Assembly: GCA_951406725.2 (NCBI GenBank)
Contig: OX597815.1
Span: forward strand, 181,970,001 to 182,034,000
DNA from: Octopus vulgaris
Lineage: Eukaryota
Length of the DNA: 64,000 nt
Direction of reading: 5' to 3'
A program made the translations under genes and the position numbers. The notes beneath the pieces were generated by a model. It had not been told where the DNA came from. It was given only the letters and a program-made list of their open reading frames with translations, and did not search any database. Numbering within the stretch: the first letter of the stretch is position 1; the number at the start of each line of letters is the position of its first letter. Of the stretch, positions 39,502 through 53,613 are shown piece after piece.

Positions 39502-39866
39502 ATATGCAGACATGCATGTGTATATGTGTTTGTGAGTGTATGTGTGTGCATGAGTGTGTGTTTGGGTGTTTGTGTTTCCTTGCAGGATTGTTGTAAATGT
39601 GTCAGTGTCGTTGAAACAGTGTCATCATTTCTTTTCAATATTCTGTGAAAAATTGTCTGGCCATTGAAAAATATTATCTTGCTTGGAAATAGATGAGTGT
39701 TGGCAGCAGGAAGGGTATCCAGCTGTAGAAAACCTGCCTCAACAAACTCCATCTGACTCATGCAAGCATAGAAAAGTGTAATTTAAATGATTTATAGACA
39801 TACATACATACATACATACATACATACATACATACATACATACATACATACATGCATACATACATA

Positions 39867-41255
39867 CCAGTTACAGGTATCTAGGGATGGATGAAAACAT
39901 ATCTTACAATGCCACCTGTATCAAAACACGTGTCACTAAAGAATATTACGGCTGAATAAAAAAATGTGGGCCTCAGAACTCTTTGCATTCAATAAAACAG
40001 TAGCCCACAATGTGTTTGCAGTGCCAGTACTCATACCAACATTTGGGCAGCTTGATTGGATGCTTAATGAGATTTGAGTCATTGATGTGAAAATCCGAAA
40101 AATACTAACGAGCACACATAATTTCCACATAAAAAGTGACTTAGACCACCTCTAACTAAAACATAAACATACCTTTGAATGTCACATCAGCAACATCTTT
40201 TAAACACCAAGTGTCGAAGGGCATCCTTTGACCAAGTTTGCATACATGAGGCTGATAACATCATAAGACTTGGAAGGCAGCTCCTTGAGCAACATTCCTT
40301 GTCTGATAACCTAGAATACATGCCCAAAGGAGTCGCACGACTCTACGACAACATGTCATCAGATGAAAGAATGATCCTATATGAGCAGCAGACTATGTGT
40401 GGATATGTTAGTAGAAAGCTCCGAGATGATAGTAACATTGATCATCAAAGCAGTTTATCATGGACCAATAGCTGGATTACTACCTTCCACTTTGAAGGGT
40501 ATGTTTTTGCAATCCAGGAACAGGAAATATCAACCAAATATCTGATGCGCAAAAGGGACAGTGATGCAGGAAATGCAGTAAAATGTGACAACTGATGCAG
40601 ACTTTGTGGAATTAAAACCCAAGATATCACCCACATCATAAGCCGTTGTCCGAAAATGTCATCAAGTTATTATCTGCCAATCAGACATGATGTTGTAGCT
40701 AGGACACTCTATAATGAAATCTGTTGGAAGGATAACCCCGAAGACAAAGAAATAAGTAGCTCCCAGTATGGTATAAGCCATAGCCACTCATAATAAAAAA
40801 GAGAACTGGTGGAATGTCCCAATGAAAACCTCAATACAATGTAAGCACAATAGACCTGATATAAGGATTTGGGATAGAGAAGAGAAACTGTACACAGTTG
40901 TGGAAATCAGCTGCCCAGCGGATGTTAACATAAAGCTGAAGATCAGTGAAAAAGAGAACACCTATGCTGAATGATGATCCAGATTACAAGTTCAGGTTTA
41001 TACCTGTAATTATTGGGGCCTTTGGATATGTAACACACTGATGTAACACACTGCCTAAATACCAATCTTGAGAAACTAGGCTTCTCAAAACCAGAAAAAA
41101 GAAAGCTAATTCAAAGACTGCAGATCCGATCCATCACTGGAACTGTAAAAATCTGTAAAACTTTCCAGAAGTTTATCATTTAAATATATATGAGCATGTC
41201 TAGATATGTAACTATATGCATGAGAATACATATATAAATCATACAAATCTGCACA
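39867..41255 (+). mobile_element. 5'-truncated R4/Dong-clade (RLE) non-LTR retrotransposon, degenerate
   Basis: YRYLG RT motif, AIQEQEI, CRLC-x8-H-x4-C knuckle, RHD, RPDI...VVEISCP restriction-like endonuclease, PVIIGA.G; (CATA)n on both flanks. Confidence 0.9.
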
Positions 41256-41784
41256 TACATACATGCATACACACATACATACATACATGTATACATACAT
41301 ACATACATACATACATACATGCACACATACATACACACATATACATACATACACACACATACATACACACACATACATACATACATACACACATACACAT
41401 ACATACACACATACATACATACATACATACATACACACATACACATACATACACACATACATACATACACAAACATGCATGCACACACATATGCACACAT
41501 ACGTACACATACGCACACATACACACATACATACACACACATACACACATACATACACACACATACATACATACATACACACATACAAACAAAAACAATA
41601 CAACAGAGCATTCCAAGCTGGTTGGTACATTGACTAATAAGTATTTTACGAGTGTGATTTTCTCCCTGTATACCAGAACCACCACCACCACCACTGCCAT
41701 CACAAAGTTCTCAGATGGTATGAAGCTGTGAATGTTTGCAAATTTAAAACTTTGAAACATGGCTGTTGTAGGTATATTACTTAC

Positions 41785-41866
41785 GAAAGCCATCTTCAAA
41801 TGTCTTCCCAGCCTTGGTCAGTCTACTTCCATTTAATGAATATTTATGGCCCATTTTTTTCCCTAC
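41785..41866 (-). CDS. Candidate internal exon ([27 protein letters not shown])
   Basis: CATAG acceptor, consensus GTAAGT donor, open in phase 0, continues the previous exon. Confidence 0.45.
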
Positions 41867-41939
41867 CTATGTATCTGTCTCATAAATAAATACATACTAA
41901 TATATATATATGCATATTTATACATGAGTATTTGTATGT

Positions 41940-42570
<631 letters not shown>

Positions 42571-42853
42571 TTTATGCATATATGTGTATATGCTTATATA
42601 TTTGTATATAAATATGTGAGAGTGTATATACATACATACATAAATCTGTGTATTGTGCATATAAAGTTATTCCAATTGCAGAATCTAGAACTTTGTTATT
42701 TAACTTTCAATATTGCATTTAAAATGATTGGAAATGCAGAGTGGAACTAATTTCACCTTCCAGTCGATTCTAACACTGTATTTGAATTACAAATATATGC
42801 CATATCTCTTCCATGAGACAAAAAACGATTATTACACTCAACATGTTTTATAC

Positions 42854-42913
42854 TTTCCCGAAGAATTCTTCACACTTTACATCTTTTGATAGACTAAGTT
42901 TCGTCAACAATAC
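42854..42913 (-). CDS. Candidate internal exon (VLLTKLSLSKDVKCEEFFGK)
   Basis: ATTTTATAG acceptor, AAA|GTATAA donor, phase 0 to 0, 90-nt upstream intron. Confidence 0.45.
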
Positions 42914-43003
42914 CTATAAAATATTTCCAAAGTATAAAGTATTTTTCTCGTATATTTTATGTTATTCATGCATAAACTTAGTAAATAGTTTGTGAAATCA
43001 TAC

Positions 43004-43064
43004 ATTAAATATTGTATTCTGCCATCGACTGATCAATTCTTTGTTTTCCTCTTCACTGCCGCAT
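43004..43064 (-). CDS. Candidate internal exon (CGSEEENKELISRWQNTIFN)
   Basis: TTAACAG acceptor, AAT|GTATGA donor, phase 2 to 0. Confidence 0.45.
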
Positions 43065-43209
43065 CTGTTAATTCAAGGATGTGACTAAAATAATTGATTC
43101 AAGGTGACAGTTTTAGAGCTCAGGATGTTCTCTATTGCACGGCGGAGGGAAAGGAAAACTTCCTGTGAAAATGTATTTTAAATGAATCTACCGAAAAGTA
43201 CTTACATGC

Positions 43210-43268
<59 letters not shown>

Positions 43269-44072
43269 TATACATATATATATATACTCATGCACACACA
43301 TATGTACATGTGTGTACATGTATGTGCGTGTGTGTGTGTATATATATATATTTATTTATTCTTTATTTATACACATGCACATCTACACATATGCATATTT
43401 ATATATATATATATACGTATATATATATATATTATATACACAGACATGAAGAGGAAGTGGAGCACGAGGAGGAGAAAAGGAGGAAAAGAAGAAAATGGAG
43501 GAGGAGGAGGAAAGGAGGAAAAAAGAAGGAGGAGGAGGAGGAAGAGATGAAGAAGAAGAAAATGAAGATTGCTTCCAAACGATATGGTCTTGGGTTCTGT
43601 TCCATTGTGTATTATCTGTGCATTATTTTGGTCAAACGTGTTCTAGTATAGCCCTTGGTCAACTAAAGCCTTGTTGGTGAATTTGCTGGACAGGAACTGA
43701 AAGAAGCCCTCTGTATACATGTGTGTATGTTTGTGTGTATATATTCGTGTATGCTTTTGACTTGATACTATGGTTGCACACAAGCATCACCATTAAATAT
43801 GCAATATCGTTCATTTCCTGTCTTCAGTGGAAAAGAACATATGAGGCCTTTGGGAATGAGTTGCTTAGAAACAGGTGAGAGTTTGCAACAGGAAGTTTAC
43901 CAGGCTGTAGAAAATCTGCCTCAAGAAGTTCTGTCTGACTCGTGGGAATAAGGAAAAATGGACATTAAAAGATGATGATGATGATGATGATGATTGGTAG
44001 GTAAACAGATAAATAGATAGAGATAGAAAGATTGAGAGTGAGAGAGAGAGCCAAACAGACAGACAGACAGAC

Positions 44073-44143
<71 letters not shown>

Positions 44144-44944
44144 CAGCCAGACAGATAGACAGACTGATAGATAGATAGATAGATAGACAGCCAGCCAGAC
44201 AAACAGATAGATAGACAGACAGGCAGGCAGCTAGACAAATATAGACAGACAGACAGATAGGTTAATAGATAGATAAATAGATTGATAGATAGGTAGATAA
44301 CTTTCTTTATTGGCCACACAGGGCTGAACACAGAGGGGACAAATACAAATGTAGAGCTTTTCTTTTCAAAAATAAAGAAAATGGGAAAATAATAAAAGAA
44401 AAGTAAGATTCCGATCAAAAGGGATCGGGAAAAAAGATAAAAAAGCAATCAAAGGGGATCATGTATCACAGAAGAATTTTATAAATGTAAAAAGCAAGAT
44501 TAGGTTTATCCGTGGAAAGAAAAGCCTACAGAAAAGACCACGGTAACCTCAGGCAGGGAGGGAATAAACACATGAGAGCAAAAAGCTCTCTTCTTTTTTT
44601 TTGATTTACAGGATCATGCTCAAAATGGTTTTGTCACTCACATGCACCATCTTTGCTACATTCACCTACCTTTTCTTGAAACTTTCAAGAGACAAAACCC
44701 TAAGGACAGATAGATAGATAGGTAAATAGATAGATATGCACACATACATCTAATGGAATTCCTGATTTTCTGTCTTCAAAACTCACTCACAAACTTTGCA
44801 ATAAGTGGCACTGAGCCGTAGTAGAAGACCATTGCCAAAGATGCTACACAACAGGATTGAACTCAAAACGTCTCTACCATACATCTATGTGCCTTCTAAA
44901 ACGAAATTCCACCAAGGTTTTATTTCACTCTTCCAGCTGGAAAC

Positions 44945-44978
<34 letters not shown>

Positions 44979-45426
44979 TTAACGTCTGCTTTCCATGCTG
45001 GCATGGGTTGGACAATTTGACTGAGGTCTGGCGAACCAGACTCCAATCTGATCTGGCAGAGTTTCTACAGCTGGATGCCCTTCCTAACGCCAACCACTCT
45101 GAGAGTGTAGTAGGTGCTTTTATGTGCCACCGGCACGAGGGCCAGTTTGGTGGTACTGGCAATGGCCACACCCAAATGGTGCTTTTTACGTGCCACCTGC
45201 ACAGGAGCCAGTCCAGCAGCACTGGCGACGACCTCGCTCGAATATTTCACATGCCACAAGCACAAGTGCTAGTAAGGCGACACTGTAACAATCACAAAAC
45301 TGATGAAATAAATCCAATTTGAATACTGGATCAATATCGTTGACTACATTCCTCCACCACAAATATGTGGGTATTACATTGATTTCTATCATTGTTAGAA
45401 ACCAGTTATTTAATATCCTTTACACT

Positions 45427-45648
45427 TAACTCTCTTGCATTTAAACTGACCATATCCAGCCCAAATATTCTATCCGTTTTGTGTTCAAACTGGCCAGAAC
45501 TGGCCTCTCACACTTACCCTACAATGTCATTCTAAAAATATACAATCACATCTTTGAAATCTCAAAGCTGCAAGATAATAAATGGTTAATTGAAAACAAT
45601 GACAATAAGCATAAAATTTGAAAAATGATTTGAATGCTAAAGAGTTAA
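45427..45648 (+). mobile_element. TTAA-flanked MITE (family G)
   Basis: TTAACTCT.TTGCATT ... AATGCTAAAGAGTTAA; copies at 63768-63993(-) and split at ~24796-26040. Confidence 0.7.
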
Positions 45649-46395
45649 AGCTGAAGTTTGTGTCTATTACATAGTACATGTTTATACCCAGGGGGTCGAA
45701 GTCAACAGGGGGGTACCAGCTTCTCTCTTGCATATTGCACAATACCAGTCTAAAATATAATTTTTATACAATTGCTTCCATTTTATAGACTTGACAAAAA
45801 AATTTTATCTTAGATTATCAAAATTAAAATTTCCTATTTTAATTTGTGCAGTAATTAACTTCAATTTAGAAAATGAAGCATGTATTGAAATAACCACTCT
45901 GTAATTAGCTTCCTATAATTACAGGCGTCACATGATTAACCCCTTTCTGATCTCAACATTTTTCTAAAATATAAGAAAAATATGAAGAGTTGAATGAGTT
46001 GCTGAGTCGATTGGCAAATCGCTTTGCTCATTTCTTTTGGTGTTTCTGTTGAATGTAAAAGTTTTAGTCTACAGCAGACTTTGTATGTTTTAGTATTACT
46101 GTAACCAACACCACCACCAACAACAACAATCATAGCAACAACAGCAACAACAGCTTTAATAATGATTCTTTCCGCACAAGGCCAGAAATTTTGGAGGAGG
46201 TGGCTAACTGATTACATTGATCCCAGTTTTTCAACTGGTCCTTAATTTATCAACACCCTCCGCCCACCACCACCACTACCAAAAGGATGAAAAGACAAGT
46301 TGAACTTAAAACATAAAATCTGAATAAATTCCACTAAACAATTCTACCAGCTTCCTACCTTAGCAATAATTATAATAATAATAATAATAATAATG

Positions 46396-46454
<59 letters not shown>

Positions 46455-46456
<2 letters not shown>

Positions 46457-46560
46457 CAAGTCAAGAGATATGACAGGTTAGCTTGGGAAGTTAAGCAGTT
46501 GTGGTCGATGAAAAAGGTAGCAGTGGTACTAATAATTGTCGGAGCCCTGGGAGTAAGCTT
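46455..46560 (+). mobile_element. Short RLE (Dong/R4-like) endonuclease C-terminal fragment directly after a (TAA)n tract
   Basis: DRLAWEVKQLWSMKKVAVVLIIVGALG. Confidence 0.55.
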
Positions 46561-47235
46561 GAAAAAGACTGAAGCCCTACACCAACCAGCTCCTCAGAAA
46601 GATTACAACCTGCCCCACATCACCATTGCCAAAACAGAACAGAAGTCGGTACAGCAGTTCACTTATCTTGGATGCACCATCTCGTTAGATGCAAGTATCA
46701 ACAATTAAATTGACAACAGACTTGCAAAGGCAAACAAAGCATTTGGCAGACTGTGCGAGCATGTGTGGAACAACAAGCATCTTAAGATCGGCACAAAAGT
46801 CAGCATCTATGGGGCGGTTGTTCTCACGATAGCAGTAGGAGTCCTGGGTCTTCTACTGCTATCATCTCAGACTCCTCAAACAAGGAAGCATGACAAGGAT
46901 TGCCTGAAGCAGTCCTATTGTGTCTGTGACATTGATTATGGTGAGTGGTCCACTCTAGCTGCTGACTGTGTCACTTGGTGCCATACCATCAGCGATGTTA
47001 TTTCCTCCTTTGAGATCCCTTGCAGTGCCTCTCTTTAAGACAAACATCAGAAGTGAAAAAACAATGTAGCTGCATCATTGCTCCCTGAACAATCACACCC
47101 CTCTCGTCACTACAATCGGATATGTCAGTTCCACATCAGCCTTATCAGCCATGAACAAGCATGCAGATGGACTTAGAAAACAGCCTTCCTGATCTTCATC
47201 AGTGAAGCCAAGCCAAGAAAGATATAAGAAGAAGA
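46561..47235 (+). mobile_element. Degenerate RTE (BovB-like) LINE 3' fragment
   Basis: KTEALHQPAP, VQQFTYLGCTIS, IDNRLAKANKAFGRL, TKVSIY.AVVL. Confidence 0.8.
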
Positions 47236-47616
47236 CAATCAAATATTAGTTTCAACAGGCAACCGTTTAACTCCGAAAATAGAGGAGGTAATCCTAAAAT
47301 TCCCTTTCGATTCTTCTGGTAATTATTCAACTAATATTGGGAGGCTGAAAGGGAAAGAAAACCTTGACAGGATCTAAATTCAAAATGAAAATTCACCAAA
47401 TTGAATACCTCAAGTTATTTACTCTTCTGTGTACCATTGCAGAATTTTGATATTATTGATGATATATTTAAATATCACCATCATCATCATCATTTAATGT
47501 CTGTCTTCCATGCTGGCATGCATTGGACAATTTGACCAGAGCTTGTAAGGCCAGAAGCTACACCAGTTTCCATTGTCTGTTTTTTTGGGTTTTTTTGGCA
47601 TGGTTCCTACAGCTAG

Positions 47617-47921
47617 GAGTGGAGGCATAAGGCCTAGTGGTTAGAGCAACAGACTTGCGGTTGATGAATCTCAGACTGGGCAATGTGTGTGTTTATGAGC
47701 GAAACACCTAAGCTCCACACAGCTCTGGCAGAAGGTAATGGCGAACTTCTGCTGACTCTTTCGCCACAACTTTCTCTCACTCTTTCCTCCTGCATCTTGC
47801 CGCTCACCTGCAACAGACCGGCATCTCGTCCAGGTGGGGAACCTATATGCCAAGGAAACCGGGAAACCAGTCCTTATGAGCCAAGCATAGCTTGAGAAGG
47901 AACAAACAGCAACAACAACAA
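47617..47921 (+). mobile_element. tRNA-derived SINE family E with (CAA)n tail and 11-bp TSD, inserted into a family B SINE
   Basis: TSD CCTACAGCTAG at 47606-47616 and 47922-47932. Confidence 0.85.
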
Positions 47922-48941
47922 CCTACAGCTAGTTGCCCTTCCCAATGCCAACTACTTTACAGAGTGTACTGGGTGCTTGTTACATTATGCCAGCATAGAC
48001 GTTTCTTGCATTTATGCTGGCACCAGCATGGGTGCTTCATACTTGGCGCCTGTATGGATACTCTTTATGTAGCACTGACACATACTAGTTCATGTGCATA
48101 TATGTTAGTACCATTTTTGTAATTGTTCAATTCTATTAAAGTTAACAAAGGACCACTGATGCAGTCACAGGAGTGTGACGAAAGAACTCTGACCGAAATA
48201 AGATTAAGATAAATGTAAAAAATAAATAACACTGAAGCAAAATAACACCAAATATATAGTGCGTGTGTTTTTATTGGCTAAACTGGCAATATGACCATTC
48301 CGAAATATAACAATATCTGTTTCAACACACGACTTCACATAAAAATTCTTGCACAACAAATATTTAAACATACTAAAGTTAACATTATTTGGTGGAAACA
48401 ACCTCTTTAGAGCAAGTTAAAAGAGTAAGATATGAAAGATTTTTTAAAAACATTAATTTTATCAAATGATGTGAATTATGTTTTGTGGTTAACAAATAAA
48501 GAATTTTAGAATTTTGTTTGAGAAAAGATGTCAGTGAAAGTGAAATATTGAGAAACACTTTCCCAGTAGATATCTGATAATAACTAAACATCAAATATTA
48601 TATAAATTATATTTTGAACTAAGTGCTTTTTTATATATATTGTTGAATAACTTGATATTATAATAAACAGAGATATCTGACCTCAACTGTCAAAAGAATA
48701 TCTAAAAACCCTTTTTGTATAAATTAAAAGCATTGAAAATTATATTTAAACTTAAGTATTTATGAATACATAAAAAATTATTAATGTGGGTGCTTTTAAG
48801 GTAAAAATGAAAGACAGAAATTTATAAATACATTCATTAGTTCTAGTGTTAATAATTTGAAAGGAAAGTACTTTTCCGTTTAGAATGGTTTCTGGAATTT
48901 ACGATATTGGCAAATATCTGTCATGAAATGCAAATAATACT

Positions 48942-49746
48942 CTTTTCTACTCTAGGCACATGACCCCCATTTTTTTTTTATGGGGGGGGGGATAGTTGAT
49001 TAGATCAATCCCTGTATGCAACTGGTACTTAATTTATCAATCCCAAAAGGATGAAAGGCAAAGTTGACCTCAGTGGATTTTGAACTCAGAATGTAAAGAC
49101 AGACAAAATACCTATTTCTTTATTACCCACAAGGGGCTAAACACAGAGGAGCCAAACAAGGACAGACAAACAGATTAAGTCGATTACATCGACCCCAATG
49201 CGTAACTGGTACTTAATTTATCGATCCCGAAAGGATGAAAGGCAAAGTCAACCTCGGCGGAATTTGAACTCAGAATGTAACGGCAGACGAAATACCGCTA
49301 AGCATTTCACCCAGCATGCTAACGTTTCTTATTTCTTTATTGCCCACATAAGGCTAAAATAGAGGGGAGAAACAAGGACAGACAAAGGGATTAAGTCGAT
49401 TACATCAATCCCAGTGCGTAACTGGCACTTAATTTATCGACCCCAAAAGGATGAAAGGCAAAATCGACCTTTGGCGGAATTTGAACTCAGAATGTAGCGG
49501 CAGACGAAATACTTATTTCTTTACTACCCACAAGGGTTTAAAGACAGAGAGGACAAACAAGGACATACAAACGGATTAAGTCGATTATATCGACACCACT
49601 GCACAACTGGTACTTAATTTATCGACCCCAAAAGGGTGAAAGGCAAAGTCAACCTTGGCGGAATTTGAACTCTGAATGTAACGACAGACCGAATAATGCT
49701 AAGCATTTCGCCCCATGTGCTAACATTTCTGCCAGCTCAACACCTT
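48942..49746 (-). mobile_element. SINE family C tandem array (4 bodies)
   Basis: Core repeated four times. Confidence 0.85.
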
Positions 49747-49957
49747 GAAATGCAAATAATATTGTTATTGTTACACTGTTTAAGTTCAGATTTTCCCTAC
49801 AGATGTACAAGATATAATATAGTTCCCATGAGAATTACTGGCAAATGAGATTTTATAATTAAGCAGTTTACAACAGCGTCATTTATGTGTTTTTATGTGA
49901 AATTGCAGGGATGTGTATAATTTAGCAACGCAGAATGAGTCAAGCCGTGTAAATTAC

Positions 49958-50008
49958 CTTGTGAAGGGTTCAATGCAGTGACGGCTGCAGATGTTTGAAT
50001 ACATAACT
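49958..50008 (-). CDS. Candidate first coding exon (MYSNICSRHCIEPFT)
   Basis: CCACAG acceptor, AAG|GTAATT donor, phase 2 fits exon 43004-43064. Confidence 0.2.
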
Positions 50009-50727
50009 CTGTGGTCAAAAGTCCAACAATTTAACTGCTTTGATTTTGGATTATATGATTATGGTTAGGTATAAAGCTGGGGTGAAATAAATTACTGAAT
50101 TTAAGTCTGCATATAATGCTGAACAGAACAATTCTTTACATTGAAATTACAACCAATAAATTCCAAAGCAAATGTTCTAAATTGCCCATTTACTGCTTTT
50201 GAATGTTGAGAGATTAAATTTACTTTCACTGTATTTGCCAAAGTATAAGCAACACATTTAATGTATCAGCATTTTTCTTACTCTACGCCAGTAAATATGT
50301 AATTTAACATGATTATTTAATAATATACTTGTCAATATTTTGCAGGTTTTGGTGATGCTGTGTTTTGCATTCGGAGATGGAATGTGAAAATATATCAAGA
50401 GCTGTCTTCTGCCACCAACTCATGACATTTTTTCATGTATCATACACAATCTAATTTATTTTAGGCTCATGCCAACATAATTATATCTCCTACACACAGC
50501 TGTCAATTGTTATTATAATCAACTGCTTCACCAACTGAACTTTGCATAGCCAAAGGATCATATTCAACTCTGAAGATCTTCTGTGTTCGTTGCCCATTAT
50601 AGAGCGGAAGAATTATCTTCTAGCTGCTGTTGTGAAAGTCTGAGATCAAAGCTCAGCTTGATCAATATTGGACTTGGAATACAGCAAGTTTTGTTTCAAC
50701 ATTCTAATAAGGAGATTTCACTGGAAT

Positions 50728-51193
50728 ACATTATTTACATTATTTACATTTGACGGATATTTGTCCTCATTTTGTTTGTTGTTAACACAACATTTCGGCT
50801 GATATACCCTCCAGCCTTCATCAGGTGTCTTGGGGAAATTTCGAACCCTGGTTCTCACTCCTAAGGTATCTTTCGATATTATTATTATTATTATCATTAT
50901 CATTATTCAGAGTAAAATTATGCTCATACATTAATGGATGAAAAAGACACATTCATTAAACCCCAAGATTCCAAGTTCGATTCCAGGCAGTGACCTGAAG
51001 AAGAACAACAACAACAATAACATCAAAAAATACCTTAAGAATGAGAAAGCAGGTTCGAAATTCCACCAAGAAACTGATGAAGGCTGGAGGGTATATCAGC
51101 CAAAGCGTGTTAACAATAAACAAGATGAGGACAAATATAATGTAAATAATGTAAATAATGTACATAATTCCTCATCTCTTAAATATAGAACTG
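50728..51193. mobile_element. Head-to-head pair of the tRNA-headed hammerhead element with ~50-bp spacer
   Basis: Minus copy ~50728-50910 (motif 50784-50829); plus copy ~50958-51193. Confidence 0.8.
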
Positions 51194-51671
51194 CATTCCT
51201 TATAATAGTTCACCTCTCTAGTACTACAGGTCAAATTTCCTTCAAACTGGTCCCTTCAATGCTTGAATTTAGTTAACACCTAAAAGAAGGAGCTTCTTTT
51301 CTATTCACTTAGGTGAATGGAACATTGGCCAGAAGGAGCTGATTCCATCAGACAATATCCAACAGTCATCAGGTGTTTTGACTTTGGAACACAATATCTT
51401 CCCATTGGTGTGTCAGCAGAGGTGGCCAGATCACTGATCGTCATCTCCCAGTTTGAATCACTCTTGCTCCACAACCAGCAAGACACATTTTCTGCTGCCT
51501 CTCATATCTTCTGCACTGCCATCCTTGGCTCTTTTTCTCTTATTCCAATGGCTATAAGCATCCTCTCTTACACTCTCCCGTCTTTGAAAACACTTTTTCT
51601 TTGTCCATGTGAATCGTTGGTGAATTTTTTTCCTCTGTTTTTCCTTTTCTCTTAGACTTTCCTCTGTCTCC

Positions 51672-51708
51672 TGTTTCTGAAGAAGAGCTTTGCTCGAAAT
51701 GTAAAACA
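51672..51708 (+). ncRNA. Minimal hammerhead motif at the 3' end of a probable PLE fragment (~51290-51810)
   Basis: UGUUU-CUGAAGA-AGAGC-UUU-GCUC-GAAA-UG-UA/AAACA. Confidence 0.7.
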
Positions 51709-51806
51709 CCCTTTCTTTCCTTCCCTGAGCGTCTCGTTAATACTTTACCTGTACTACGTCCTCATGTCGTTTTTTACTTGTGTTTTTCTTCATTTTTTTT
51801 ATTAAC

Positions 51807-51887
<81 letters not shown>

Positions 51888-51958
51888 ATATAATACAACA
51901 GCTTGTTGTTCCCTCACCTATCTTTGTCGTTTGTTGCCTGTATATTTGAACCATTTGC

Positions 51959-52004
<46 letters not shown>

Positions 52005-53284
52005 ATACACACACACATTAATATTTGGATACACAATATTTAAATATTTGTACACGTTAATAGCTGTGTACACAATATTCCTGTATATATGCAATATTCT
52101 TATATTTAATCATTTATAACCATCCATCCTTCCACACTCATATGTTTACTTATTTCAACAACATTAAACAAATTCCGTGCATTCAGATATGAAATTGCTT
52201 TATTTTCACATAGCATTGACTTCTCTATAAATGAAGCAAAAATATTTTTGCATCTGATATACAAATTTTTTTTTTAAATACTCATTCTTTAGTTATTTCC
52301 TAATGTTTAATGCAATTTCCAAAGTTTGTTTTCCAAATATTTTAAAAGAATTAACATGTCTGTGAATTACATTATATTTTGACCTATGCGTTTTTGTTGA
52401 GCTTCTTCAATGTTTTACTCGAAAACCAAATTGATTGAGATGATGGTTAATGCTTGAGGACCGAAATCTTCATGTTGTAGAATAGGAAGTGTGTCTGGAA
52501 CAACAGCAACAAAATAAGCAAACAAACAACAGAAATGCAAATCTTAGAGATGGGAGAAAAAGAAAGGAATGTAACGCCATAAGTTCTACACTTTGGACTT
52601 TGGTCTACCTTCAAAGAAAAGCAGAAGAGGAAGGAAAAGCAGATGTTCTGGGGAACAAAACTGCACATGCACAGTTGCATGATTCTTACCAAGTTAATGG
52701 TAAATGAAAGAGGTAAAGAAAAGGAAAGGGTATTACAGGTAAAAAAAGCAATTCTAAAGGATGGAAATGTGTGAGCAGGTTGTCTGTAAAAAGCATGGCT
52801 TATGTGCATGTTGCAAAATGTGTATTGTTACATGACTAAATGTAGATGAGCATGAAGGGGTACATGCATGTTAGATGCATGTTTTGCATGTATATTGCTG
52901 TGGGTACAACCATATTGCACGTGGTTACAATTGGAATTGTGTCATGTAGGTTTTTATGTTTGCAAAGATGTACACAGTTAATGGAATTTAAGTATGGTTA
53001 TTTAACTCATGCAGAGTCACATGGCTCAGTGGTGAGGATGCTGGACTCATGACTATAAGATTGTGGTTTCAATTCCTGGACCAGGCGATGGGTTGTGTTC
53101 TTGAGCAAAACACTTTGTTTCACATTGCCCCAGTCCACTCAGCTGGCAAAAGTGAATAATCCTGCAATGGATTATTTCATATGCATTGTAGAAACAGGGA
53201 AACCAGCACTATGAGTCCATATAACTAAAAAAAAAATCTTTATTATTATAGATTACATCATATGTAAACAAACGTATGCCCACA

Positions 53285-53613
53285 GGCATATGGCGTAGTG
53301 GTTAAGAGTGCAGGCTACTAACCCCAAGATTCCAAGTTCTATTCCAAGCAGTGACCTGAATAATAATAATAATAATAATAACAATAATAATAATAACAAC
53401 AATAATAATAATAATAATAATAATAACAACAACAACAACAACATCGAAAAATACCTTAGGAATGAGAATCCAGGTTCGAAATTTCCCCAAGACACCTGAT
53501 GAAGGCTGGAGGGTATATCAGCCGAAATGTGTTAAAAACAACCAAGATGAGGACAAATATTCGTCAAATGTAAATAATGTACATAATTCCTCATCTCTTA
53601 AATATAGAACTGT
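53285..53613 (+). mobile_element. Full-length tRNA-headed element: tRNA-like head, (AAT)n linker, hammerhead motif (53491-53533), 3' stem-loop
   Basis: A box TGGCGTAGTGG, anticodon-like arm GGCTACTAACC, B-box-like AGTTC.ATTCC; AGATGAGGA/TCCTCATCT 3' stem. Confidence 0.8.

Noticed and set aside
45680-45748. WYCAICK (PHD-like) and FDPLG words in minus-strand frames
   Set aside because: Isolated short words without the rest of either domain.
53285-53357. tRNA gene
   Set aside because: Acceptor and T stems are imperfect and it is the head of a multi-copy repeat; the same applies to the heads of SINE families A, C, D and E.
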